Shown: piece after piece, positions 1 to 8,995 of the stretch
Numbering within the stretch: position 1 is the stretch's first letter
Layout of the letters: every line of letters begins with the position of its first letter
NCBI GenBank assembly: GCA_049508735.1
Contig: JBELAO010000025.1
Location: 8-64,007 of the forward strand
DNA length: 64,000 nucleotides
Direction: 5' to 3'
Source of the DNA: Bryobacteraceae bacterium
GTDB lineage: Bacteria; Acidobacteriota; Terriglobia; Bryobacterales; Bryobacteraceae
Translations under genes and position numbers: made by a program
Notes under the pieces: generated by a model
The model's database searches: none
The model's input: the letters and a program-made list of their open reading frames with translations, nothing else
What the model was told of the DNA's origin: nothing

Positions 1-448
1 CGCAAACTCGAAAGCGTTTGTCCACACCCTCATAGTACGGATTCGCTTCTAACTGTCAAGTACTTTGTGATGCTTCTATCTCCGACAGGCTCTCAGGCTG
101 AGGCGTTTTCGAGGCGCTAGGTGCACCCCCGCCATGACGAGCAAACATAAACTCACGGTCGTTCGGCAACGCACGATACCCTCCTCCTTTGGCGTGGAAA
201 TGCTATACGCGAATAAAAAGTGCAAATACAAGAATCGGCTTGCGCATTTTTCGCGTTGCAGAAAACAGAACACTTCCTGGCTTGCGTGTGAGGAGCCAAA
301 CGCCCGCGAGGCGCGCAGGCGCCGGGGCTGCCGGCAGCCCGGCCGAGTCGGACGCTCGGCCGCATCCGCGGGTAAGGCGTCTAGCGGCCAGTCAGAGGTA
401 GCGCCGAGGCTCCGGGGGTTGCATAATAGCATTCGAGGCCTCTCCATC

Positions 449-2086
449 ATGTGCGTCCGGCTGTTGACCGCGTCAGCCCTGCTTTGTGTTGCTGGGCCGA
501 TGGCGGGTCAAGTGACTCCGGCCGAGCCAGCCAAGACTGGATCCGTCGCGGGAGTCGTCGTTGACGGGAAATCGGGCGACGGCGTCGCGAAGGCTGTTGT
601 CATCCTCCGGCACGATCAGGCGGGCGGCATCGGCGCGATCACAGACTCGGAGGGCAAATTCACGCTGCACGATGTGGATCCGGGAACCTACCTACTTGCG
701 GTCGAGCGGGACGGATATGTGGCCGCGCGCGCACAATCTCAGACCGTGAATGTGCAAGTGGGACAGACTACATCGGACGTGAAGGTGAAGCTGCTGCGCA
801 CCGGCGCCATCTCGGGACGGATCCTCGACGCGGACGGCGATCCGATTTCCGGGGTGGGCATAGTTGTGTCGGCTTCGCGAGCGAAAAAGGACACCCGGTC
901 GGTGAAGGGCTATGCGACCACGAACGACCGTGGCGAGTACCGGGTCTTTCAGATCGCGCCGGGCGAGTACCGGGTGTCGGCAACATCCACGCCGAGAAAT
1001 CAGCTAGACGGAGTCCGCATCGAGCGGCCTGCTGCAAAGACCGGCGCGGCGACCGGAAGCGAGGCTTATCCGACTATCTTCTATCCGGGCACGATAGACG
1101 CCCGGCAGGCGGCCATGGTGAAGGTTGAACCGGGGGCGGAATTACAAGGCTTCGACCTGCAGTTGGTCCGCGCACACGCGGTTCGCGTGCGCGGCCACAT
1201 CGCGGCCACTTCCGGTAGTCCGGCGCTATTCCAAGTGGTTACGCTAGTTCCAATCGGCCAGCCTGATACGCCAGGGCCATCCAATAGTGTCCTGATTCGA
1301 GGTCCCCAGGGCGAGTTCGAATTCCACGATGTATTGCCGGGCACGTATCGCTTGCAGGTTGACGGCGGAGGCTTCAACGAGTCGAACCGGATTTCGGCCC
1401 GGCGCACGCTCGAGGTGGGTGACTCGGACATCGAGGGCATTGAGTTGACTCCAGGCCAATCGCGGAGCCTGAGCGGGCGGATCATCGCGCCGGAGGGCCG
1501 CAAGCTGCAGCCGGGATTGATGGTGGAGCTGGAGTCGCGCGACGCAGGAGATACGCAAGCCGGCGGGGTGGCGCCAGTGGGCGCCGATGGCGCGTTCACC
1601 ATACCGCGTGTCGCACCCGGCGAGTACGATGTGGCCGTAGGTTCCACGACGGATGCGGAGGACGACGCGTACATCCAGGCGATTCGCATGGGCGACGCGG
1701 ACGCGCTGGCGGAAGGCGTGCACATTGGCGAGGGACAGCCACTGCCGCTCGAGATCGTTCTCAAGGCGAACGGCGGCGCCGCGGAATGCACCGTGACCGA
1801 TGACAAGGGCGATCCAGTCCCCAGTGCCAGCGTCCTGGTCGCGCCGGACGCGCCGCGGCAGCGGCAGGCGGCGCTATTTGGCGAATGCCGCACACGGCCG
1901 GATGGGACGTGCAAGGTCGTAGGAATCACTCCCGGCGAGTATCACATTTACGCATTTCCGGCGGGCACGGAGATCGATCGCCGCGACCCGGATGCGCTGA
2001 AGCCGTTCGAGAAGTACGGCCAGGCGGTGAAGTTCGCCGAGGGCGAGCGAAAGCTATTGAATCTGACAGCAGCACCGGCCGAATGA
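449..2086 (+). CDS. Secreted carboxypeptidase-regulatory-like (CarboxypepD_reg) repeat protein
   Basis: Track ORF 134..2086. An in-frame ATG at 449 gives a signal-peptide-like N-terminus, MCVRLLTASALLCVAGPMAGQ. The body has repeated modules such as GVVVDGKSGDGVAKAVV...TDSEGKFTLHDVDPGTYLL and GRILDADGDPISGVGIVV...NDRGEYRVFQIAPGEYRV, typical of this Ig-like fold. The ORF upstream of 449 is Arg-rich junk. Confidence 0.8.
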   Translation: MCVRLLTASALLCVAGPMAGQVTPAEPAKTGSVAGVVVDGKSGDGVAKAVVILRHDQAGGIGAITDSEGKFTLHDVDPGTYLLAVERDGYVAARAQSQTVNVQVGQTTSDVKVKLLRTGAISGRILDADGDPISGVGIVVSASRAKKDTRSVKGYATTNDRGEYRVFQIAPGEYRVSATSTPRNQLDGVRIERPAAKTGAATGSEAYPTIFYPGTIDARQAAMVKVEPGAELQGFDLQLVRAHAVRVRGHIAATSGSPALFQVVTLVPIGQPDTPGPSNSVLIRGPQGEFEFHDVLPGTYRLQVDGGGFNESNRISARRTLEVGDSDIEGIELTPGQSRSLSGRIIAPEGRKLQPGLMVELESRDAGDTQAGGVAPVGADGAFTIPRVAPGEYDVAVGSTTDAEDDAYIQAIRMGDADALAEGVHIGEGQPLPLEIVLKANGGAAECTVTDDKGDPVPSASVLVAPDAPRQRQAALFGECRTRPDGTCKVVGITPGEYHIYAFPAGTEIDRRDPDALKPFEKYGQAVKFAEGERKLLNLTAAPAE

Positions 2087-2147
2087 CCAGCGGCGCGCGC
2101 GCGGGATGATGTCAGGCGCTCGGCCGGGCCTGAACCAGGCCCCGCCT

Positions 2148-4922
2148 TCATTGGCTTGGATGTCCGGCCGCGTCGGCTTTATGTTCGATGAATCCGCTGC
2201 GCTGCGGGTTTCCATCATCCAGCAAAACGTACTCGGCCGGCGCATCCAGGCGCGCGGCCTTCACCGTGCGCAGCGCGTCGTTACCGGCCACCGTGAGCGC
2301 CATGTGCGAAGCGTCGAGAGGGTTACTCGCCGCGTACACCAGCGCTTCCCGCTCCGACGCGTGAGTCTCGCCATCGATCCGGAAGCTCGCGCCCCGGCTG
2401 GTCAGACCGAGTCTTGCGGCCCAGGCCGCGAGGGCCGAGTTCGCCTCCGGCCGGCCGATGAAGACCACGTCGCGATGTCGCAGCAGATCGTCGGACACTT
2501 CGAAGTCCTTGTAGATCGGCACCTGGCTTTCATACTGATTCAGGAAGCGATCCCGCATCTGCTCGGCCGCGTAGCGGTTGGCGCCGGCCTCGCGTACCGT
2601 GCCGTACACGATCGCGGCGGAAGCCAGCCGATAAGAGATGTCGCTAACCAGATAGGCCGGGCCGTCCGCGGGCTCGGTAAACTCGAATTTCGCGCCGGCC
2701 TTGTCGAGGAACGATTGCGCGGTCACGGCCTTCGTCGCATTGGCCGCGAAGTACTCCCGCATCAACTTCAGGAAAGCGTCGTCTCCCATCTTGCGCCGCA
2801 GGGAATCGAGAAACAAAACGCCCCTCGCCTGATCGAGCTGAAACCGGGTCCGGGCATCCTGCGCGCCGAGCTTCAGCCTGCGGTAGGTGGCGCGCTGCGC
2901 GTTCAAGCGGTCCTCCACGTCGTCCGATTCCAGAATCCGGTAATAACCGGCCGAGCCTGCGACAAACCAGGTGTCGGCGCCGGAAGCCGGCAGCACCCAA
3001 CCCTTCCACAGCCGGTCCTTCAGCGACGCCGCCTTGGCGGGCGGTTTTCGATCGGCTTCCGCATTGCCGGCGAGACGCGCGCTTTCATTTTCCCGAATGG
3101 CGGTGCGCAGGCTTTCCGGCTCTTCGGCGTGGAACAGCGCGTAGCCCGCAGGGTACAGCCCGTCGTTCTTGCCGTAGCCGGAGCGCGGAGGCGTCCATTC
3201 GCGCTGGTTCGGCCTGCCGATTTCCGCCCACAACATCATGCGGTTCGCCATGTCCGAAGTGGCGACCTTGGCGTCCATGGTGCTCGAGGCGACCAAAGGC
3301 GCCGTCCGAAAGGCCAGAAATGCGAACTCCTCGTCGATCTCGCCCCGGTGCTCCTGGTACAGATTCAGCCACGTGAGATCGCGGCCGTAGGGGACATAGG
3401 GAATGTATTCCGCCACGCCTTCCGGATCGGGGAAATTCTCCAGCCGGATGTCGAGGTCCTTCGGGTTGTTGTCGCCCCAGTAGAAACCGGGCGTGCCGCC
3501 GAACCATTCGTTCTTCGAGCTGCGCCACAGTCTGGTCTTATTGGTGCCCAGCTCGTACATGGCGACCTCATCGTTCTTCGCGTCGCCGATCAGCCACTCG
3601 TTGGTGTAGAGGCCGTTGTTGCGCGTGCCCAAATACTTTACGACTTCGTCGATGTTGCCTCCGTACTGGATGGCCAGGCGGGCGCGGAAGGCGACCGGAG
3701 TTCCTTGCGCGTTGAACGGCGTCTGGTTGATTGTGGTTTCGGTGAGGACCACGCCGGCGTCGTTCTGATACCAGTCCGTTCCGCTTTCGATGCCGCCGGG
3801 ATAGCTCTGCAGGAGCATGCGATGGCCAGCGGCGGGCTGGATATCCAGCATCACGTTGGTCTGCTCGGCCAGTGTCAGCGGCCACCACGTCACATGGCCG
3901 ATCACCATCTTGCCGTCGCGCGTGGCGGGGCCGGTGGCGGCGAAGGCGCTGCAATGGTCCGTCACCGAATCGCGTTTGCCGCCGTATACAGGTTTGTCGA
4001 AGCTAAGCCCCTCTAGGCCCGTAGCGGTGGTGTCCACCGCGGCTTCGAGCGTGCCCAATTCCACCGTGACGTTAGCCACCACAATGTCCATCAGGTCGAT
4101 GCGGCGGCCGAGCCATTTGGCGCCGGCGTCGGAAGCGCCGTCCGCGATGCCGCGCATCTCCTCCAGAATCTCCCGGTCGAAACCGCGCAGAAAAAGCGCG
4201 TTGGCGGTAGTTCGATATTGGTCCCACTGCTGGCTGGAGCCGAGTTCGGCGGCGCAGCGGTCCAGGTATTCGGGAATTTCGCGCGCCATCAGGTGGCCGT
4301 GCTGGTAGCCGCGTTCGTACGGAGCGCCTTCGATATGCAGGTAGATCCAGCCCGCGGACGGATAGCGGTAGGCGGGGCCGAAGGTCTGGACGGCCTCGCG
4401 CACCGGCCATTCGCCTTCGCCGGATGCTTCCTCCAGACACACGCCCTCAAACCACGCTTTGCCGCGCATGTTCCCGCCCGCGCCGGCAGTGAGCAGAATC
4501 GCGTCCTGCGCGCGGCTGGCCACGAATTCGAGCGAGAGCCGCGTCCACGCTTGCGTTCCGCCCACCGAGACCGAATGGACGTCCCACGGCATGGAAGCCA
4601 TGCCCAGCGCGGCGCCCACCGCGATCGGGGAACGGCCGGGATCTTCGACCGTAAGGCCTTCGGTGAGCACCCAGCCGCTCAGTTCGTATCGTTTGCCGAT
4701 GGTCAGCGCGACCGGCGCCAGACGAACCACCGGTCCAGCACCCGAATCCGCCGCCTCCAGCCGCAATGACTTGCTCTTACCGTGCGGAACCTTCGGGTCA
4801 AGTGTTGCAGTGCCGCTGAGGGCGGTCCATCCCTGGTTGGGTTTATCGAACGAGCTCTGGAATAGCGGCGTCGCGGCGTGGGCCGCGACCGCCACCGCGA
4901 GCGAACACAGCAGACGAGACAT
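2148..4922 (-). CDS. Large secreted protein with a C45/Ntn-hydrolase-like core and a C-terminal helical (M1-peptidase-C-like) region
   Basis: 924-aa ORF with signal peptide MSRLLCSLAVAVAAHAATP. The motif DHCSAFAATGPATRDGKMVIGHVTWW resembles the nucleophile-Cys region of peptidase C45 / acyltransferase Ntn hydrolases. The antisense ORF 2106..4016 is not protein-like. Confidence 0.7.
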   Translation of the reverse strand: MSRLLCSLAVAVAAHAATPLFQSSFDKPNQGWTALSGTATLDPKVPHGKSKSLRLEAADSGAGPVVRLAPVALTIGKRYELSGWVLTEGLTVEDPGRSPIAVGAALGMASMPWDVHSVSVGGTQAWTRLSLEFVASRAQDAILLTAGAGGNMRGKAWFEGVCLEEASGEGEWPVREAVQTFGPAYRYPSAGWIYLHIEGAPYERGYQHGHLMAREIPEYLDRCAAELGSSQQWDQYRTTANALFLRGFDREILEEMRGIADGASDAGAKWLGRRIDLMDIVVANVTVELGTLEAAVDTTATGLEGLSFDKPVYGGKRDSVTDHCSAFAATGPATRDGKMVIGHVTWWPLTLAEQTNVMLDIQPAAGHRMLLQSYPGGIESGTDWYQNDAGVVLTETTINQTPFNAQGTPVAFRARLAIQYGGNIDEVVKYLGTRNNGLYTNEWLIGDAKNDEVAMYELGTNKTRLWRSSKNEWFGGTPGFYWGDNNPKDLDIRLENFPDPEGVAEYIPYVPYGRDLTWLNLYQEHRGEIDEEFAFLAFRTAPLVASSTMDAKVATSDMANRMMLWAEIGRPNQREWTPPRSGYGKNDGLYPAGYALFHAEEPESLRTAIRENESARLAGNAEADRKPPAKAASLKDRLWKGWVLPASGADTWFVAGSAGYYRILESDDVEDRLNAQRATYRRLKLGAQDARTRFQLDQARGVLFLDSLRRKMGDDAFLKLMREYFAANATKAVTAQSFLDKAGAKFEFTEPADGPAYLVSDISYRLASAAIVYGTVREAGANRYAAEQMRDRFLNQYESQVPIYKDFEVSDDLLRHRDVVFIGRPEANSALAAWAARLGLTSRGASFRIDGETHASEREALVYAASNPLDASHMALTVAGNDALRTVKAARLDAPAEYVLLDDGNPQRSGFIEHKADAAGHPSQ

Positions 4923-5072
4923 TCAGCCCTCCCTTGGAACAGAATACACCGTGCCAGGTTGAGAGTGTCCGCGGCGGGGGTGTGAAGACACGAAAGTGGT
5001 GAAACTCTCCAGTGCTAGTGAAGACGCATGAATCTGATCGAAAGCCGCACACAAGGCTCTGGTCTCTCAGGA

Positions 5073-5226
5073 GGCTCTGTATCAGGGCACCGGCTTTAGC
5101 CGTGCCGAAGGATTGGGAGAAAAATGTGGGCTTCAGCCCCTGCGGGCCTAGAAACGTCTCAGCGGCTAAAGCCTTTGGCTACGGATATGTTGCGGCACGG
5201 ACGAATCCGTGCCCTGATACAAAGCC
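5073..5226. repeat. Nested palindromic REP/MITE-like element (family F)
   Basis: Terminal inverted repeats: ggctctgtatcagggcac (5073-5090) and gtgccctgatacaaagcc (5209-5226). Internal complementary pairs: ggctttagcc/ggctaaagcc and ggcacgga-cgaa-tccgtgcc. It lies in the intergenic gap between two minus-strand genes. Confidence 0.75.
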
Positions 5227-5289
5227 AGCCGCCCGGCTCCCTAATCTCGATGTCCCACACCTCCCGCGGCGTCCCAATGCCCCGGATTC

Positions 5290-5772
5290 TCATTCGCCGA
5301 ACAGACCGATCTGCGCCTCGGGCGCCGCCTTTTCCTTGCGGCGTTTGAGCGGACTGCCCACCACCCCCAGCACCTCCACCGAGCGCAAGGCCGGCCGCGG
5401 CAGGAACACCCGCTGTTGCGCACTGTAGGGGTGGGGCGGAATCATGCTGAATCCGTATGGTTCCACCGCTAGCAGGTTGTTGGGCAGGATGCCTTCCAGA
5501 ACCTCCCCATCGCGAAAGGTGAATCGCATCCACAGACCTTCCATCTTCGGGCGATTGAGGAAAACCGGCCGTTCAATCTCCGCCGCGGCGTCAAAGTCGC
5601 GCACGAACGAGACACTCTTGATCTCGGAATAGGGCACGTTGACCACCTGACCCTCCGCCGAAAGCAGTTCGACGCCAGTAGGTTGAAGATAAGAAAGGGG
5701 ATTCACGTAACCAGCGAGACTTTCCCGCTGAAATCGACGGATCACAGCCTTTTTGGTGGTGGATGTGGCCAA
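5290..5772 (-). CDS. Conserved hypothetical protein (no recognisable domain)
   Basis: 160-aa ORF with protein-like composition (…VNVPYSEIKSVSFVRDFD…WMRFTFRDGEVLEGILPNN…). The start as listed is a TTG, so the exact start is uncertain. Divergent from xerD. Confidence 0.65.
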   Translation of the reverse strand: MATSTTKKAVIRRFQRESLAGYVNPLSYLQPTGVELLSAEGQVVNVPYSEIKSVSFVRDFDAAAEIERPVFLNRPKMEGLWMRFTFRDGEVLEGILPNNLLAVEPYGFSMIPPHPYSAQQRVFLPRPALRSVEVLGVVGSPLKRRKEKAAPEAQIGLFGE

Positions 5773-5834
5773 GGGTCGCCCTTTTTTGTCAATTATGTTT
5801 CAATCATTTCGGCGCTTATTGTATCATTGGCACG

Positions 5835-6746
5835 ATGGCGGCAGAAGCGCAGGCGGACGAAGCGGCAGGACTCAAAGGCCATGCGCGCGCGTTTCTCAAC
5901 TATTGCCGTGTGGAAAAAGGCCTGTCCGCCAACTCCATCAGTGCCTATGGCGCAGATCTGGAGCGGTTTATCTTCTCTATCGGCGCTCATGCGGAGCTTC
6001 CCGGACCGGAATCGCTGCGTCTCTATATTGATAGTTTATATCGCGGTGAGTTAAGTAATCGTTCGGTAGCCCGGCACTTGGCCACGCTTCGCTGTTTTTT
6101 TCGGTTTTTATTACAGGAGGGCGTCATCGCCTGGGATCCGGCCCAGGAGCTGCGCCCGCCCAGGCAATGGCAGACCATCCCTAAGTTCCTTAATCTGCCG
6201 GAGATAGAGAAGCTGATCCAGGCCCCCGATACCGCCCGGCCGACTGGTTTGCGCGACCGCGCCATGATTGAGTTGCTCTACGCTTCCGGGCTCCGGGTCT
6301 CCGAATTGTGCCGGGTGGGGGTGGGTGACCTGGATGCCCGCATGGGTTACGTGCGGGTGACCGGCAAAGGTAACAAACAGCGCCTGGTACCGGTGGGGCG
6401 GGAGGCGATTGGTGCCGTCGATCGCTACCTGGCCCAGGGCCGTGCCGGCCTGCTGAAGGGCCGTGCCAGCCGGTACCTGTTCGTGACCGCGCGCGGCGGC
6501 TGCCTCACCCGCCAGGCATTTTGGAAGCTGCTCGCCGGCTATGGACGCAAAGTGCAGATATTCCGCGGCTTAACGCCCCATGTTCTGCGCCACAGTTTCG
6601 CCACTCACCTGCTGGATGGTGGAGCGGACCTGCGTAGCGTTCAGGTCATGCTGGGCCACGCCGACATCTCGACCACCCAGATTTATACTCACGTCATGCG
6701 GTCGAGACTGCGGGAAACGGTTCAAAAGCATCATCCCCGCGCCTGA
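5835..6746 (+). CDS. xerD: Tyrosine recombinase XerD/XerC family
   Basis: N-terminal SAM-like domain (FLNYCRVEKGLSANSISAYGADLERF). Catalytic-domain motifs ELLYASGLRVSEL, HVLRHSFATHLL and LGHADISTTQIYTHV (R..HxxR..Y). Start moved to the ATG at 5835 (MAAEAQ). Confidence 0.9.
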   Translation: MAAEAQADEAAGLKGHARAFLNYCRVEKGLSANSISAYGADLERFIFSIGAHAELPGPESLRLYIDSLYRGELSNRSVARHLATLRCFFRFLLQEGVIAWDPAQELRPPRQWQTIPKFLNLPEIEKLIQAPDTARPTGLRDRAMIELLYASGLRVSELCRVGVGDLDARMGYVRVTGKGNKQRLVPVGREAIGAVDRYLAQGRAGLLKGRASRYLFVTARGGCLTRQAFWKLLAGYGRKVQIFRGLTPHVLRHSFATHLLDGGADLRSVQVMLGHADISTTQIYTHVMRSRLRETVQKHHPRA

Positions 6747-6803
6747 GGATCGCTTTCGGGAATTGGGCGCGGGCCTTGTTGGTAAGTTCGAGAGCGCACT
6801 TCG

Positions 6804-8114
6804 ATGAGCGACTACATCTACATTTTGGAAAGCCACCTCAGCCCGGACCAGAACCAGGTTCTGCACGAGGTGATGGCCGCCGCCGGACAGGCCAACTTCA
6901 ACCTGTTCCTGACCGGCGGCGCGATGCGCGACATGCTGGCCGGTTTGCGGATTCGCGATCTCGATTTCGTGGTGGAAGGCGCGGCCCTGAAGCTCGCCAA
7001 AACGGTGGCCGAACATTCCGGCGCCACCATCGTTTCGGAGGATGAGACCCGCAAGAGCGCGGAACTCGAGTTCCCCAGCGGCGCAACCGCGCAAATCGCC
7101 ATGTCGCGGCAGGAGAAATACCCGCGCGGCGGCGGCAAGCCGCAGGTTTCGCCAGCCACCATTCAGGAAGATCTGCGCGGCCGCGATTTCACCTGCAACG
7201 CGATCGCGCTTTCGCTCAACAAGACCTCGCGCGGGTTGCTGCTGGACCCGCTGAATGGCCTGGCCGACATCGAGCGCCGCGAGCTGCGCGCCGTCAGTGC
7301 CTACGGGTTTTACGACGATCCTTCGCGCCTGCTGCGGCTGGTTCGTTTGGGCGTGCGGCTGGGTTTCGCGACTGAGGAGCGCACCGCCATGCAGGTGGCT
7401 AACGCCCGCGAAGCCGAGGTGGAAAAAGCCATCCCGCCCCACCTGTTGGGAGCGGAATTGAAACTCATCGGGATGGAGGATTCGGCCGCTGGGATCGTCG
7501 AGGCCCTGGCACAGGCCGGATTGCTGGCGCTGTTCTCTCCCGCGCTGGCGGAGAACAACGCGAACCGCGCGGGGCTGGCCAAATTCGACAAGATCGTCCA
7601 TATGCTGCCCGACGACACCGAAGTTCGCGCCGCCCGCCTCGGACCATTCCTGTTCGCCCTGACCGAAAAGCTAAGCCCGCGGGAAAAGCAGGCCCTGGCC
7701 AAGCACCTCGAATTCTCCAAAGCGGACACCAATCAGTGGCTGCAACTGGAACTGCGGTCGAAGAAGCTGGCCAGCGCGCTGCGTGCGCCGCGCATCCGCA
7801 AGCCTTCCCAGGTGTATCAGTTGGTTTCCACCGCCGCGCCGGACCAGGTGATGTTCCTGCTGTATGCTTCGCCGCTGAAGCCGGTGCAGGATCGCCTGCG
7901 CGCCTATTTCCAGAAGTATCTGCCGGCGGTCGAGGAAATCACTCCCGAGGAATGGGCCACCCTGCCGGAAGCCAAGCCATCGCGCCAGCAGAAAGCCCGC
8001 GAAGAATTCATCGCCAACCGGCTGGACCGCCGTCCGCCGCGCAAGCCCGTGGCGGAGCCGGTGCCGCCCCCGCCACCGCCCCCCGAACCCTTCATGGCCC
8101 GCCGCGCGAGGTAA
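6804..8114 (+). CDS. CCA tRNA nucleotidyltransferase / poly(A) polymerase family protein with a Pro-rich tail
   Basis: Head-domain motif LFLTGGAMRDMLAGLRIRDLDFVV, then RDFTCNAIA. The C-terminus is PVAEPVPPPPPPPEP. Confidence 0.8.
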   Translation: MSDYIYILESHLSPDQNQVLHEVMAAAGQANFNLFLTGGAMRDMLAGLRIRDLDFVVEGAALKLAKTVAEHSGATIVSEDETRKSAELEFPSGATAQIAMSRQEKYPRGGGKPQVSPATIQEDLRGRDFTCNAIALSLNKTSRGLLLDPLNGLADIERRELRAVSAYGFYDDPSRLLRLVRLGVRLGFATEERTAMQVANAREAEVEKAIPPHLLGAELKLIGMEDSAAGIVEALAQAGLLALFSPALAENNANRAGLAKFDKIVHMLPDDTEVRAARLGPFLFALTEKLSPREKQALAKHLEFSKADTNQWLQLELRSKKLASALRAPRIRKPSQVYQLVSTAAPDQVMFLLYASPLKPVQDRLRAYFQKYLPAVEEITPEEWATLPEAKPSRQQKAREEFIANRLDRRPPRKPVAEPVPPPPPPPEPFMARRAR

Positions 8115-8173
8115 GAGAATATGCCGCTGGAAGGAGGCTGATGAAAAAATCCGAAGAGACGTTCCAGAGCCGC

Positions 8174-8240
8174 GGATGAACACCGACGAACACGGATAAG
8201 CCAGTTCTTTTCAATCCGTGTTCATCGGTGTTCATCGGTG
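8174..8240. repeat. Inverted-repeat hairpin, REP-like, possibly a terminator for the CCA-family gene
   Basis: Left arm ggatgaacaccgacgaacacggat (8174-8197) pairs with atccgtgttcatcggtgttcatc (8213-8235), with a 15-nt loop. tcatcggtg is tandemly duplicated. A third partial copy, ccaacgatgagcacggatagg, lies at 8292-8312. Confidence 0.6.
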
Positions 8241-8357
8241 GCTAATTCTCAGTGCGCTCTTTTGTGCAATATTTCTCAGGACTATTGCAGGCCAACGATG
8301 AGCACGGATAGGAGAAGTGGGTGGTTGACTTGTCCGCGTAATTTGTGGACTGCGGCC

Positions 8358-8813
8358 CTAACGCGGCTCGGTCAACCCTGACGCTCCGCTCACGCGGGAA
8401 ACCAGCGGCGCCGCCGGCCGTGGACTGGTGGCCAGCACCAATCGCCGCTCCATCATCGCCCCGGCCGTGCGGAATTCATGCTGCACCATGCGGATGGCCG
8501 TACGCCGGCCGTCCGAACGCACAATCTTGCCATACACCAGTAGTTGCAGCGGGGCCACGTTGTGCAGCATCACGGGCCAGGTGACCGACAACTCGACGTT
8601 GAGCCCCAACGGCAGCGGACGCCCGGCATCGAAAAGCATTCCACCGCTCGACACATCCACCGTCCGGCCCTCGCCGCTTTCCAGCAGGCGGCGGCGGCGA
8701 ATCAGCTTCCAGCGCACCTCCAGCTCGAGCCCATAGCGCTTGTCCCGGCGCCGGTCCCCGCCGATCGTGTCGAATTCCTGAAGGGTCTGATCCCAGTCGT
8801 TTGCCGCACGCAT
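8358..8813 (-). CDS. PilZ domain protein
   Basis: RRRDKRYGLELEVRW…GEGRTVDVSSGGMLFDA matches the RxxxR…D/NxSxxG c-di-GMP binding pattern of PilZ. Confidence 0.75.
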   Translation of the reverse strand: MRAANDWDQTLQEFDTIGGDRRRDKRYGLELEVRWKLIRRRRLLESGEGRTVDVSSGGMLFDAGRPLPLGLNVELSVTWPVMLHNVAPLQLLVYGKIVRSDGRRTAIRMVQHEFRTAGAMMERRLVLATSPRPAAPLVSRVSGASGLTEPR

Positions 8814-8995
8814 CGTAGGCTATCTTGGTCCCGTCATCAGAAGTAGTCTACATTATGCGGACATGCGAATCGGCCCTAAAGTCATGGGAGTACGTACCGG
8901 GTAACACGGGTTCTACAACGTTACCTGTTAACCTTGATGCCCAAATATGAGCTGGAGCCCTGCTATCCTCAAAGAAAGTGCAGGAGCGATAAACT

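Noticed and set aside
134-448. N-terminal extensions of track ORFs (134..448, 10507..10965, 13128..13283, 28298..28426, 42378..42578, 54544..54834, 52435..52614, 52641..53156).
   Set aside because: The extensions are Arg-rich or run through repeat elements or the preceding gene. Internal starts give proper signal peptides or canonical N-termini and typical operon overlaps.
2106-4016. Long plus-strand ORF (636 aa) antisense to the 2148..4922 gene. The same pattern applies to 9107..10609(-), 10822..13278(-), 15543..17906(-), 29498..30592(-), 42357..45269(-), 49930..51000(-), 51031..52011(-), 53142..54500(-), 55593..56942(+) and 27636..28502(+).
   Set aside because: The translations are Arg/Ala/Gly/His-rich, without motifs or secondary-structure periodicity. 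Each lies exactly opposite a gene with clear family signatures. High GC suppresses stop codons on the antisense strand.
4938-4960. Minus-strand TGGCAC-N5-ATTCT about 20 nt upstream of the 4922 start; possible sigma-54 promoter given the NtrC-like regulator in the window.
   Set aside because: The -12 element lacks the conserved TTGC, and the spacing to the start codon is too short for a normal leader. A single weak match is expected by chance.
5835-6746. Tyrosine recombinase as a marker of an integrated mobile element.
   Set aside because: The sequence has the XerC/XerD-type N- and C-terminal motifs and a housekeeping neighbourhood. There are no att-like repeats, phage or transposon genes nearby.
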